A stretch of 64,000 nt of DNA from the human T2T-CHM13v2.0 reference genome, Homo sapiens. Positions 1 to 21,097 of this stretch are shown piece after piece; position 1 is the stretch's first letter; each line of letters starts with the position of its first letter. Under the pieces are notes generated by a model. It was not told the origin of the DNA, did not search any database, and was given only the letters and a program-made list of their open reading frames with translations. The stretch lies in assembly GCF_009914755.1 (NCBI RefSeq), contig NC_060940.1. One strand, 5' to 3'. A program made the translations under genes and the position numbers.

Positions 1-569
1 CATCCACACTGCATCCCCTCCATTCCATGTGGTACCCATCATGCTTCAGTGTTCCACGACGCTTACATGGGTTTTTATGACATAATTTCATCATAACAAG
101 AAATAAACAGATAGTCCAATGAAGTTCTAAAACTTGAGTCTCCAGTTGGCCATTGGAAATGTATTGCTCAGACTTATAAAATAGGAGGAACAACTAGTTT
201 TGATGAAAATGAAATCTACAAACTACAAACACCAAATATTAATATCATCAAGGAGCTCAAACAAAAAAGAAGTCAGGATACTGATGACCATCAGCTTGAA
301 TTATCAGTATTACAGAATGTTCATCAACAGAAATTGAGGGAAATAAGTTGTAAGCATCAAGAAAATCTAAGCAATTAGGAAGAAAAGATTGAAGAACTGG
401 AAAATTTGTTACAGCAAGGTGGCTCAGGAATTACAGTACATGATCTCTCTAAACTTCAAGAGAAGGAAAACACTATTCATGCAAGCTCTACAAATTGAAA
501 AAGTAGAGTCTACCAAAAAATTGAAGAATTTGAACATAGAGTAAAAGACAAATAAAAAATTATCTTCTG

Positions 570-857
570 GGGCCAGGTGCAGTGGCTCACACCTGTAATC
601 CTAGCACTTTGGGAGGTCAAGATGGGAAGATCACTTGAGCTCAGGAGTATGAGACTAGCCTGGACAACATACTAAAACCTCATCTCTATGAAAAATTTAA
701 AAAAAAAAAAAAGGCCAGAAGCAGTGGCATGCACCTGTACTCCCAACTAGTTGAAAGGCTGAGGCAACAGGATCATTTGAGCCCAGGAATTTGAGGCTGC
801 AGTGAGCTATTATCACACCATTGCACTCTTGTCTGGGTGACAGAGTGAGACCCCTAG
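570..857 (+). mobile_element. Alu (J-like) lacking poly-A tail
   Basis: GGCCAGGTGCAGTGGCTCAC start, dimeric body, ends GAGTGAGACCCC directly into TRIP11-like sequence. Confidence 0.85.
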
Positions 858-1020
858 CTGAAAAGAGGCTATTGGAAGAAACAACTCTGAGAAAACCATG
901 AAAAGATTGTCCACTGAAGCTAACCTGGAGAGCTCTGCCTTACAGCTAGAGCAAGAGTGTGTAATTAAACTCAGCCACGAGAAAGACTCTGAAATGTCAG
1001 CACTCAAAAAGAATATTGAG

Positions 1021-1352
1021 GCTGGGTGCAATGCATCACACCTGTAATCCCAGCACTTTGGGAGGTCGAGGTAGGTGGATCACCTGAGGTCAGGAGTTCA
1101 AGACCAGCCTGGCCAACATGGTGAAACCCAGTCTCTACTAAAAATACAAAAATTAGCCAGGCGTGGTGGCGGGCGCCTGTAATCCCAGCTGCTGGGGAAG
1201 CTGAGACGAGACAATCGCTTGAACCTTGGAGGCAGAGGTTGCAGTGAGCTGAGATCTGGCCTCTGCAGGGTGGTCCAGCCTAGGTGACAGGGTGGTCCAG
1301 TCAAGGTGACAGAGACAACGTGACAAGGTTACTGTCTCAAAAAAAAAAAAAG
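1021..1352 (+). mobile_element. Alu (S-like)
   Basis: Alu consensus, flanking duplication AAAGAATATT. Confidence 0.9.
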
Positions 1353-1875
1353 AATATTAAACAGATGGACACTGACCATAAAGAAACTAAAGAAAAAGTG
1401 CTCCTAAATTTACTCCAAGAGATTGAAGAGCTAAGAAAATCGCTGCAGGAAAAAGATGCAACCATTAGATCCCTCCAAGAAGACAATCAGAGACTGATTT
1501 GATTTTGTCATCTAGTTGAGAAGAGCAGAAGCAATTGACACAACTTATAAGAGAGAAAGCAATTTTTTTAAAAAAAAACTTAAAGGAAGTTCAGAGCTTC
1601 CAGAGGAATTATTATACTAAAACCTTAAGAAAGAAAGAAAGAAATTTCATAGCAAACCATAGAGGAAAAAGACAGATGTCTTGCATCCATGAAAGAAAAA
1701 AAAAATCTGATAGAAGAATTGAAATGACTCAGAGGACAACAAAGTCTAACTGCCCCTGTGGCTGAGCCTAGAATGGTAGATACTATTATGGTACTAGAAT
1801 TGGAGATATTTCAAATGAAAATAATCAAAGGTAATCTTGAGGAGGGAATAAAGTATCATCAAAATATATTTGAAG

Positions 1876-2531
<656 letters not shown>

Positions 2532-3467
2532 CCATAATTGAAGAGCAAACACAGAGTAAGATGCAACTGCTTCAGTCTTTAAAAGAGGAGAAAAAAGTAG
2601 GAAATGGATGATTTTTAAAACCAGCACAAGCAAATGAGTATCACATACACCCAGCTCTTTTCAGTAAAAGGTGAAGAAATTAGGAATTTGCAAAACACAA
2701 TAGGAAAAGAATCAAAACCCAGCTGCATGAAACAGGACAAGACATTAAAAGACTCTGAGCCATTTTTCAAGCAACAGAAGTTGAATGTCCCAATATAGAA
2801 AGCAGAAGTGAAACGCATAGTTTATTTAAATCTGAAACTGAAAGATTAGTGAAAGGAATGAAAGAGCAAGAATTGGAGATTAATCCTGAATCAAGGACCA
2901 GAGGGGGAAAGAAAGAATTGGAGAATAAATTTATAAGTAAAAATAATATGACTTTAAACAGATGGATCAGCTGTCCATCAATGGGGTTGGTCAGGAAGAT
3001 ACAGAGGTGCAGGGCCTTCAGGCTAGAACAGCTTCAGCCTCTGACACCCAGGGCGTTGCTCACCTTCAGCAGCAACTGCAAGCACCTGCTTTGGACAGAG
3101 AACAAATATAGGCTGTTTGGAATAAGGCAGCTCAAGAAAATAGCTGTCTCAAAAAGGAAGATCACCAAACAATGGATATTATTGCTGGTAATGAAACAGG
3201 CCCCCATAAGCTGCAAGAGGAAAATAAAAAACTGTCCACTAGTAATGGTCAGGAGAAATTTAAAGACACTTTTCAGAAGTCATCATGTCTCATTCTAGAA
3301 AAAGACATTGAAACAGATGCATTAAGTCAGGAATGTCAGACTTTAGTGACAATTTTGCAAGCATCCAGCACTGGTCATGAGATTGGAGGTGTTAATGGTA
3401 ATCCGTTTGAGGAGCTTCCACAAGGACCTAATAAATTAAAACAGCCAGTTAAGAAAATGGAAGTGTG

Positions 3468-3745
<278 letters not shown>

Positions 3746-3769
<24 letters not shown>

Positions 3770-3868
3770 GAAAGAAAGACAGAGACAGACAGAAATAAAG
3801 AACGGAAGGAAGGATGGAAGGAAGGAAGGAAGGAAGGAAGGAAGGAAGGAAGGAAGGAAGGAAGGAAG
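3746..3868. repeat. (GA)n and (GAAG)n microsatellite in Alu tail
   Basis: Direct reading. Confidence 0.95.
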
Positions 3869-4624
3869 AAAAAAATGGAAAGAGCAGCTGGCGACCACAG
3901 TGGGTGCAGCATGGGGCAGCCCAACTCCAAGAAGAACTTTGTCACCTTCAAGCAAAGCTTTTAACTGACAGTGATAATGATTTTAAACTCCAGATGAACT
4001 GTAGTGACCTGATGCAAAAAAACGAAGGGAATGAAACTCAACTCAAAAACCTGGGGCAGGAGTTAGCACACACGCAGCACAGCATCAGACAGCTCTGTCA
4101 CGGCAAGGACAGTTTCTTCCCACAGCTGGATATTTTACCCCAGCTCCCCAGAGAAGCACTTTCTTCACATGCCGCAGAATCTCCTCACGCAAGTGAGTCT
4201 GCTCTGTCGAGTGAGTCTTCTAAATTGCTCCAAGATATTGAAGAGCTAAGAAAATCACTGCAGGAAAAAGATGCAACCATTAGATCCCTCCAAGGAGACA
4301 ATCAGAGACTGTCTGATTCCACTGCTGCCATCTCAGAGCTAGAAAGAAAAGAACATATATAAATGCATTCAGAAATTCAGCAGCTGAAGGAGAAACAAAA
4401 TGTCTTAGACAGGTTACTTAGGGGAAAAAACCTTTTCATCAAAGCCAAAAGTAGTAAATTACATTCTTAGAGAGAAAATCTCACTAATAAATGAATAAAA
4501 ATGAGCTTTTGAGGCAGGCAGTCAGAAACCTGAAGGAGAGAATATCAGTTTTAGAAATGCATATGGGTAAACTAAAACAGGACAATGAAAAAGTAGTAGA
4601 AACATCCAGGGGGGAAAAAAAACA

Positions 4625-5061
<437 letters not shown>

Positions 5062-5078
5062 TTACAAGAGATTAATAT

Positions 5079-6004
<926 letters not shown>

Positions 6005-6077
6005 TCAAAGCAATGGATGATTCTCAGAGACTAGGAAAGATCAAGCCATGCTGTGTATCTACTTTATCATTAAGTAG

Positions 6078-6428
<351 letters not shown>

Positions 6429-6651
6429 TCTTTAAATTTAATAAAAATATTCTTAATGATTTTAAGTGTCTTTGAAGGGCTGTAAAGGTATTCACCCAAC
6501 TTTAAACTGTGATTACTTCTTGTGAAGGTGGGTATTGGTGACATTGGAGGTTGTGGTCAAAGGATACTTCAGGTAGGGTTTATAATGCTTTTATTTTTTT
6601 GCAAGAAACAGGTATTTGTGTATATGTTGGTTAATTAAAATATTAATTTGT

Positions 6652-6966
<315 letters not shown>

Positions 6967-7242
6967 TTAGTGTTAAGGATCAACTATTAGAAACACCATA
7001 GGTGTATACTCCTTACGTAAGAAAAAAGATGAACAGCACAAAAGTACAAGTTGTATAACATTTTAAAAATTAAAGTTCCCTTTTTTGGCTACGACTCACT
7101 CTCCTTTCCATTGCCTAGAAAACCACCTTATTGTTTACTTGTTTGTTTGGTTTTTTTTTGATTTTTTTAAAAAAGTGCATATTTGTATATATGTCAGTGT
7201 ATTATTCTCTGATTTGCTTTCTATTTATTCTTATTTTATTAT

Positions 7243-7543
7243 CATCATCATTATTATTTTGAGACAGAGTTTTGCTGTGTCGCCCAGGCTAGATTGCGGT
7301 GACGCGATCATGGCTCACCGCAGGCTCAACATTGCAGGCCCAAGCAATCCTCCCACCTCAACCTCCCAAGTAGATGGGACCACAGGCATGTGCCACCACG
7401 CCCTGCTAATTTTTTTATTTTTTTGAAGAGATGAGGTCTTCCTATGTTGCCTAGGCTGGTCTCATACTTCTGAACTCAAGCAATCCTCCCACCTCGGCCC
7501 CCTCAAAGTGCTGGGATTATAGGCATCAGCCACTGTGCCAGCT
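7243..7543 (-). mobile_element. Alu (J-like)
   Basis: Antisense Alu consensus. Confidence 0.88.
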
Positions 7544-7554
7544 GCTTTCTGGGG

Positions 7555-7557
7555 AAA

Positions 7558-7617
<60 letters not shown>

Positions 7618-7640
7618 TACATATATACGTATATATACAT
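7555..7640. repeat. Compound A/(TA)n/(CA)n microsatellite
   Basis: Direct reading. Confidence 0.9.
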
Positions 7641-7834
7641 ATTAAAAAAGTGCATATTTGCATATATGTCAGTGTATTCTCTGATTTGCTTTCTATTTAT
7701 TCTTATTTTATTATGTATGTATTATGTATACACATACATACACATATATACACATATACACACACACACAAATATATATATCTCACTACATCTTGGACAT
7801 CTTTCCAGATTCTGTGAATGATTTCATCATCATC

Positions 7835-8320
<486 letters not shown>

Positions 8321-9022
8321 CCAGGCCATCTTATTCTTTCTAAAAGCAGATGTTCATCCTATGCATATACTGTAATTTATTTAACTAGCTCCTATTCGTC
8401 AGCATTTGTTTGTGCCCCAAATCCTAGGAAATGTTCATGGGCAACTCCCTTGTTTATTTCCTCAAGGGCCTCTCCAAATCTTTATCACTTTGCTCAGGCA
8501 TGATCATGCCTTATTAAGACATTAGAGACCAGCAGTCAAGACCCCCATACCCCCTTCCTGTATCCCACCATCCTCTCTTCATTCATCTATACTCCTTCCC
8601 TTTTGTTTCAGAGGAAAGGGATCCAGCTTTGCAGTTGAAGGCTAACAGTCCCCTGGACATTATCTATTCAGACTTCTTCAAAGACCTCATTCTACTGATC
8701 TCCCATTCTGCTTTGTCTTTCATCTGTCTCTATCCCTAAGCACACAAGCATGGCTGTTTCTCCTGATACATCACATTCTCCTTTCAGCTCCTCCAGCAAC
8801 CAACCACCGTATCTCTCTATCTTTCTATCTTCTGAAAGAATTCTTTACTCTTTATAAGTGTCTCATTTTGTAATGACTTCTTTTTGAAAGTTCTACAAAA
8901 TCTTGTCTCATTTATGCCCCAGGAATCTTCTCATGGCTAAATCCAATGTATATATATTTTTGTCTTTGGTTCACTTAAGTCTGATAAATATTAACCACAT
9001 GTTCCACATACTCATTCTTTAA

Positions 9023-9323
<301 letters not shown>

Positions 9324-9689
9324 CTCATTCTTTAAATTCTTTCTGCCTTCTTCATTTTTAGTGATACCACTCTCCTCAGGTTCCCTTCCTCACACCAGAC
9401 CCTTCTTTCTCAGTCTCTTTTGTGGCTGCTTCTTCTGACACCTCTTAACTATAAACATACTCCAAGGTACCATCTTTAACTAACAGGATCTTCTCATTCT
9501 CCCTGCAGTGTCAGGGCCAGCTCAACCACTCCCATGATTCTGCTTTCACTGGTATGCCAATGACATCTGAATGTCTATGTCTAACCACCTCATTCTCCTG
9601 ATGCCACACTGGTTTATCTAATTGTCTGCTGAACACATTTATCAGCATGTCCATAAGCATCTCAAAGTCAACATGTCTAAGAAGAAGCA

Positions 9690-10550
<861 letters not shown>

Positions 10551-10622
10551 AAAAGTAAAAGAAACTCAATATCTTCCATTATAGCCTTCTTATAACCCAA
10601 GGAAGAGGCCTCAGAACCATGA

Positions 10623-10905
<283 letters not shown>

Positions 10906-11937
10906 TGTCTCTCTCTCTCTTTCACACCCCCTTCATATCCAATGAACCAATGAATATATCACATTTTGTTCCTCTTTTCCCTGTCCCCATGTCTGTGGTC
11001 CATTCCTTCCTGTCCTTATATGGACTGGGGCAATTGACTCCTTACTGACCTTGCTGGTTCCACTCCTGGCCTCCCTTGAATCCATTCCCCACACCGCCAT
11101 GAGGGTGGACTTTCTGGCATGAAAATCTGATAACGTTGCTTACCTACTTTAAATTATTTCAGGAGTTTCCACTGCCTGGAGTCCAAACTTTAACAGGGTA
11201 TTTGAGGACTTGCCTTTAGAGCCTTGCTTTCTACTCATAGACCACCCTCCAGCCACGTGTCACTTCTTGCAAACCCCAAACAGACTATTACCCAAATAAC
11301 TTTAAACCCATAAGCCTAATCATAGCAGGGTGATGCCTTCAACAAAGTTTGCACTAGAAACATTTTACTTTTATTTTATTTATTTATTTATTTTGAGACA
11401 GAGGCTCCCTCTGTCACCCAGGCTGGAGTGGAGTGGGGCACGATCTCAGCTCACTGCAGCCTCCACCTCCTGGGTTTAGCACCTAACCACGAGAAAGAGG
11501 ACCACAGGGCGAGGTAGTCTTCAAAAACATGAGCTTTACAGATGTCCCCCAGGCTGGCCAATACAGGCAATTGAGGGACCTGTGTGGCACTGGCATAGGA
11601 ATTGTGGGTCCCCGCTGAGGTGTGACTAATCGATGACTGTGGTGACAGGGAAACAGGAGTGGAGGTGTGAAGGGATGATGTGCATTTTCCACTTTGTAAC
11701 TTAAATAAGAGTTCTTCCAGGAGCACGTATGCCTCTCGAGCCTGCTCCTTGGGGATATCAGAGAAGTGGAAGGTTCTATTAATGCCTTCTCCAAGAGCCC
11801 ATGAGGCACTGTGGATTCTGAGATGTGAAATAAGTACCCTGATCACTACCAGTAATGTGTAGGACTTCCAAGAGTATATGGAGTGCCACAGTGAGACCTT
11901 ATATTGTGGCCTTTGTATACGTAGATGTAGAGATATC

Positions 11938-12206
<269 letters not shown>

Positions 12207-12367
12207 TAAAAACATGAGTTATCTATTACCTCGGTTTATATTTTCAGTATTTATGAGGCAAGAGATTCCCAGAGTTCTTTATGAGCACAAAGGGAACAAT
12301 TCTTAGACAATGGCCCAAGAGTTTGCTATAAATATGGAGATGGAGTCATTTGTTGGCTAGGGCATTG

Positions 12368-13047
12368 CTGTGGTCTGAATGTTTCTGTCTCCCTGAAACT
12401 CAAATGCTGAAATTTTAACTCCCAGTGTATTAGGATGTGGGGCTCTTGTGAAGCAATCAGGCCACGAGGGCAGAGTTATCATGAATGTGATTAGTGTCCT
12501 TATAAGAGAGACCTGAGAGAGACACCTCGCTCCTTTGACCAAGTGAGGATACAGCAAGACAGCATCATCTATGAGTCAGAAAGCAGGCCCTCACCAGACA
12601 CAGAATCTGCCTTGACCTTGGACTTGCCAGCCTCCAGAACCATGATAAATAAATTTCCGTGGTTTATTTTTATGTATGTATGTATGTATTTATTTTTTGA
12701 GACAGGGTCTCTCTCTGTCACCCAGGCTAGAGTGCAGTGGTGCAATCATAGTTCACTGTAGTCTTGAACTCCTAGACTCAAGTGATCCTCCCCATCTCAG
12801 CCCAGTCCCAAGGCTGGGACTACAGGTACACTCCACCATACCCAGCTAGTTTTTAAATTTTTTTGTAGAGATGGGGTTTCGCCACATTGCCCAGACTGGT
12901 CTTGAATTTCTGAGCTAAAGTGATCTTCCCACCTTAGTCTCCCAAAGTGCTGGGATTATAGGTATTAGCCACTGTGCCCAGCCATTCTTTTGTTTATAAG
13001 TCACTTAGTTTATGATATTTTGTTATAGCAGCCAAAATGGACTAAGA
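12368..13047 (+). mobile_element. MaLR LTR (MLT1A/MST-like) interrupted by an antisense AluJ (12665-12983)
   Basis: TGTGGTCTGAATGTTTCTGTCTCCC start; GGACTTGCCAGCCTCCAGAAC; TTTGTTATAGCAGCCAAAATGGACTAAGA end. Confidence 0.8.
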
Positions 13048-13129
13048 TAGCCATTCAGTGCTTACTGCCTGAAGTGTAGCCACTTGGGCTGACAGTGTAC
13101 CATGTTTCAATTTAGTGGGATTCCAGGTG

Positions 13130-13467
13130 GTTCTTCTTCTTCTTTTTCTTCTTCCTCTTCCTCTTCTTCTTCTTCTTCTTTTTTGAGATGGAGTTTTGCT
13201 CTTGTCACCCAGGCTGGAGTCCAATGGCACGGTCTCGGCTCACTGCAACCTCCACCTACTGGGTTCAAGTGATTCTCCTGCCTCAGTCTCCTGAGTACCT
13301 GGGATTACAGGCACCCGCCACCACACCTAGCTGATTTTTGTATTTTTAGTAGAGATGGGGTTTCAGCATGTTGACCAGGCTGGTCTCGAACTCTTGACCT
13401 CAGGTGAGCCGTGCACCTTGGCCTCCCAAAGTGCTGGGATTACAGGCATAAGCCACCGTGCCTGGCT
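13130..13467 (-). mobile_element. Alu with (TTC)n tail
   Basis: TSD GGATTCCAGGTG at 13118 and 13468. Confidence 0.9.
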
Positions 13468-14129
13468 GGATTCCAGGTGTTTTAAGGGTATCCCCACCCC
13501 TGTCCAAATTCCCTCAAGTTACAGGGTTTTTTTGTCATCAGATCACATGTGACTCTTCTCAGAGGTTATGAGGAAAGGGAGGCCAGCAGCCTGCTCTATG
13601 GGTAGCCATCCTCCTCCTCCAGAGAATGCCAGTCAATCTACTAGTGTCGTGGTCCACACCCAGTAAGTTCACTTTGTCTAGAGTCCAACTAACCAAATTT
13701 CCCTGAATTACCAGCTGTTTTGAATCAAGGCTCACCCAATAACAAAGGTGTGCCAATACATCTGCCTCCACCTTCTTCTAGTCACCTTCAGTCTCACCGT
13801 CCAGACCTGTGGGATTAACATCTTGTGCTACTTACTGTTTGACATTATCCACTAACACCCATGGAATTTAGACACTGCCAAGCTGGGAGACAATGCTTGC
13901 GCAGTGGTTTGTATTACCTTTTTGGTAGAGGAATGCTCCAACAAAATGGTGTATTTCAGCCCATTGCTGCTATCCCTGGCAAAACTTCCTAACCTCAGCC
14001 ATTCCCCACTGTCATTTCTGCCTTGACTGTCAATGAGATCTTGTGCCTCCACTGAATACTAAGCAAGCATTTGCTATCTGATCTCACCCCAAGGTGTATA
14101 TTCTGGGTTTCTGTTATTTTGCTTTAAAA

Positions 14130-14400
14130 AAAAAAACTTATATAGAAAGGCAGTTTCATTGGCTCGTGGTTCTGCAGGCTTTACAGGAAGCATGGTGCTG
14201 GCGTCTGCTCAGCTTGTAGGCAGGGAAGCGAGAACATGCATATTTTACTTTCTGTGTCTGAGTTGTTTCACGTAAGATAATGGCCCCCAGTCGCAAGGAT
14301 GTTGAGTTCTGCATGGCTGGGGAGGCCTCAGGAAACTTACAGTTATGGTGGAAGGGGAAGCAGGTACATCTTACGTGGCGGCAGAAGAGAGAGAGCTATT
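14130..14400 (-). mobile_element. MST/THE1-type MaLR fragments with a short L1 3'-UTR piece inside
   Basis: GGCTCGTGGTTCTGCAGGCT..AGGAAGCATGG and GGGGAGGCCTCAGGAAACTTACA motifs. Confidence 0.6.
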
Positions 14401-15094
14401 TTGCTTTTTTAAATAGGTGTGATTCAAAGTTCTTAAAGTATACCCATTGCCTGTGTCCAACACCTGACAGATAATCAAGTGGAATACAGTAGCATAGTTC
14501 TTCTTTTATTTATAAAATATTTTATAACAAAACTAGTAAAAATAGATGCATCTTGAATATGCATCATAATGAAACAGACACACGTGAACTCACTCCCACC
14601 TGAGAAACTGAGAATGTGTCTATGTGCTCCTTCCCTGCCTCTCCCTACCCTCTCGTATGCTACCGTCCCACTCCCTAGAGGTCATCAATGTCCTGACTTT
14701 TTTTTTTTTCTCATGTCTTGGCTTTTCTGTACAGTATTTTACCGTATATGTATGTTTCTCTAAACAACATTAGTTTTACTTGGTTTGAACTTTACAAAAG
14801 TGTCGTTAGACTTCCTTCTTTCACTGAACATCACGTTTCTGAAATTCAGCCCTTGATGCTACCTGAGAGTTCGAGTTCATTGATTTTTACTGCCACGTGG
14901 TTTCCCATTCTATTACTTTTCCACACGCTACTTCCTTTACTACATTTCAAAGGCGATTATGTCTCTAAAGCTCTTAGCACAGTCCCTGGCATGGACAGCA
15001 CTTAACAAAATTTTGTTAAACTGTTGAGTGACAACGAGCCCAGACTGAACGTAACAGCTGACATTTGCTTCTGGCTGGATTCTCTGCCCTTAAA

Positions 15095-15354
15095 ATTCCG
15101 TGACGAGTCAGAAGAAACCTGGTGGCCTCTCCAGGCACCTAAGACTACACTTCCCAGAAAGCATCGCGGTACTCCGCCACTGACTTTTAGTTTCCTTTCT
15201 CCGTCGGCAAACTTCCGGGTTGGGTGGGCGGGGCCAAAAAACTTATCCAATGAGTACCTTTGTAGGCTGAGAGGAAGGGATAATTGCCCAATGAGCGACT
15301 AGGCAGAGGAGCCAATAGGCGGAGAGGCTGCTGGGGCAGCCGGCCTCCGGGGTG

Positions 15355-15360
<6 letters not shown>
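15095..15360 (+). promoter_or_regulatory. Housekeeping-type promoter of the LCMT1 duplicate
   Basis: ZNF143/THAP11-type motif ACTACACTTCCCAGAAAGC 15144-15162; ETS ACTTCCGG ~15210; GC box GGGCGGGGC ~15226; CCAAT at 15247, 15288, 15312; CpG-rich through ~15890. Confidence 0.75.
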
Positions 15361-16390
<1,030 letters not shown>

Positions 16391-16462
16391 CCGCGGTGTC
16401 ATTAGAGTTTGTAATTTAGTGATATTTAAGCTGAGAGCAAAAGGCTTAAAAAACAGGGGTGT

Positions 16463-16836
<374 letters not shown>

Positions 16837-16949
16837 TCAAAGAATGCCTTCTAGGCGAGAGACGTAGGCTTGCCACGTAGGGATTATAGAGTGGGGAAAA
16901 CCAAAGTTTTGAATTAAGCCTTGCACTTTCTGTAGGTTCCTGGAGACTA

Positions 16950-17500
<551 letters not shown>

Positions 17501-17664
17501 GTTGGCAGTGGTTGATTAAATAGATAAATACATAAGCATTAAAGGCAGTCCCTGGTGAAATTTGTGACCTTAAATGGATTACGATCAGCTTTATCTCATC
17601 TCTAGCTTTCATTTGTTATTTGGCCACACTATAGCACTGTTTATTTTTTATCAATTAATTAATT

Positions 17665-18331
<667 letters not shown>

Positions 18332-18714
18332 CTAAGATAATCTGAAGTGACATCAAAATTGTCAGAAATAAAATTCTGTTTAGTAGCACATTAGGGTTAG
18401 CATATTTGTTGGTAATATTTTTTGCAAACTTGCTTACATAACAATAGTAAGTTATAAAATAGTTCAAACAGAAAGAAAGGTACAGAGAAATAGAGCATGC
18501 CTTTCATTGACTTTCTGTTGGATAGTTTTGATAATTTCAGGTTTTCTCTGTATCAGTTTCTGATGCCCTCTGGATCTACAAACATCTAAACATAATAGGG
18601 TAAGGTTTGGTTTGGAGCTGCAGAGAATATAAAGCAGCCCTTCCTAACCTGAGCAGCATAGCCTGGGAGACCTAAGAAAAATTCAGATGTTCAGGGCCTA
18701 TTGTAGCCCGATGA

Positions 18715-19161
<447 letters not shown>

Positions 19162-19269
19162 TAATGGTTTAAGACATTCTGCAGGACTCTGTGTCTTTCA
19201 GGTTCTGTAATGTATTGAACCTTTAGATCTTGTCCAAAAGTCATGATGTTAAATAAGGATTGCTTGCAC

Positions 19270-19430
19270 GAATCATGGGCAAATTACTCTTTCTGCCTCA
19301 GTTTCTTAATCTTTAAAATGGGGATTATTAGGGTAACCTGCTTTTCGGGTGTGAGGGTTAAATGAGATAATTGATGCAGAGCAGTTAGCACAGGATCTGG
19401 CCCAAAGCGAAGCCCCCAGTAAATGATTGC
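19270..19430 (+). mobile_element. MIR
   Basis: CTGCCTCAGTTTCTTAATCTTTAAAATGGGGAT..GTGAGGGTTAAATGAGATAA. Confidence 0.75.
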
Positions 19431-20229
19431 ATGTTTTCATTTTCCTCCAGGCCGAATATTATTTGTTGAAGTTGCTGCATATGCAGTAAATATGAGTCAG
19501 GCTGGTTCCTGCTGTCCTGAGTGAGTTACAACCATAAAATCCCTAAGATAACATTTTAAAAGCCAGTCAGCCTCCGAGGGCACTGATATTTCTGTTTAGT
19601 TTGCTTCCCCCTTTGGTACAGAGTCCTTCTGGGGATAAGGAGGATGTTACCTGTCTCAGAGGGTTGCTGCCAAGGTGAAATGTCAGTGCTTCCAGCAGTG
19701 CTTGGCATATATAGGAGGTGTTCAGAATTGGTAGTTACTGTCATCACCACCCCCATTGTCATCAAACTATTATCATCAACATCATCATCATCATCATGGA
19801 CTTATGCGATGAGGTCGGGTTTTTCTGATTAGATACATTAGGTTTATATCCATGTGACTCAGCAGATACAATTGAGCACTTCCCGTGGTAGCCGACTTCC
19901 CCACCCTCCTCTCCTCTCCTCTCCTTATGATGTCCATCATGCTGTGCCCCAGAGTTTTTTCTCCCCACTTTTGTTTACCTGTGACCCAACCATCCCACTA
20001 CCCCCTCACTGTGTCCTCTGCAATTACCACTCCATAATCAGTAGCCGCCTCTGTTTCCTCTGCCTCTCGTTAGCCATTCCCTCCCTCCCTTTGCCTTCAC
20101 CCTGACCCTTCCCCAGGGATATCCCGTTCTTGAAGCCCTCTCCTGTGGCTCCTCCTTCTCATCCCTTGTGTATCTCAGGATCAGGGGTTTGAGCTTTGTG
20201 TCCTCCTGTGTGTTTCCCCCCATCTCATT

Positions 20230-21000
20230 CCATGGAGATCCTTCCTGCCCAGCGGGAGCCCTCCTGGTTGCTGTTGTTCGCCTTCTCCTGGTCATTCCTC
20301 TCATTCATGGAAGACTGGGGTGCCTGCTCCAGAGTGTCTTCTACCGCAATTCATGACATCACCCTAGGTGACCTCAGTGTCCACATGGAGCCTGTGCATG
20401 GGGCACTCACTTTCTTGAAGGCCTGGTCTGCAGCAATAACCTCTCCCCATCTGATTCTGTCACCCCTTTTTTCCTTGACACCCTATGTTTTTATCCTGAT
20501 GCTGCACTGCCTCACAGATGAGAGTGCAACACTCTCCAACCCTGACCCCTTTTTCCAAGTTGCTTGACCAGTTCTTTCCCATTTCCCATGCTGTGCCCAT
20601 TTCTCCTTAGCATCTTGTTGGTTTTCTGTATCCTTTAGATACTCCCTCTCCTATCACTTCTCAATTGATCTTAGAGCTCATCCTCCAACCCTCAGTAATT
20701 CTCTTGGCAGTGCCTTTATATCTCCCTTACCTTTTGGTCCTGGTAGAGCCAGAACCCTGGCTAAACCACACTGTCCATTTTTGCCTTGAATATAGGTGGT
20801 AGAAATCACACAGCAAGGTGGCTTGGTGCCACTGTGAATTCATGTCACCCAATCGCACCTGTGCCCTTAACAGAACCTGGTCATTGTAGTATGTTTCTCA
20901 TTCCACTCACTCTCCCTTTCTACAGGATACTTAATTCAGACATTTTCCACTGTCTTCAAACTTCTGACTTACCCCACCCCTTCTTCATTCTCAAGATAAT
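20230..21000 (+). mobile_element. L2 LINE fossil (endonuclease region)
   Basis: ITLGDLSVHME resembles the L2/CR1 APE motif ILGDFNIHVD; pyrimidine-rich L2-like composition. Confidence 0.5.
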
Positions 21001-21097
21001 GTCAGCTATTGCTCAACATACAAAATGGGAGCCCTCAGATAGAAACTCCATGAACCTCCCCCAAGAAACTTAACCATCCATTTTTTACTGTTACAGT

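Noticed and set aside
3814-4362. 182-aa ORF with TRIP11 similarity as a real CDS
   Set aside because: Starts inside a (GAAG)n repeat and is one fragment of a heavily disrupted retrocopy.
11451-11846. 131-aa minus-strand ORF
   Set aside because: No recognisable homolog, runs into an Alu, no clear exon boundaries.
13852-14052. SNGLKYTILL..TTAQAL..KFHG resembling a retroelement integrase
   Set aside because: Similarity too weak by eye and no catalytic residues identifiable; needs an HMM search.
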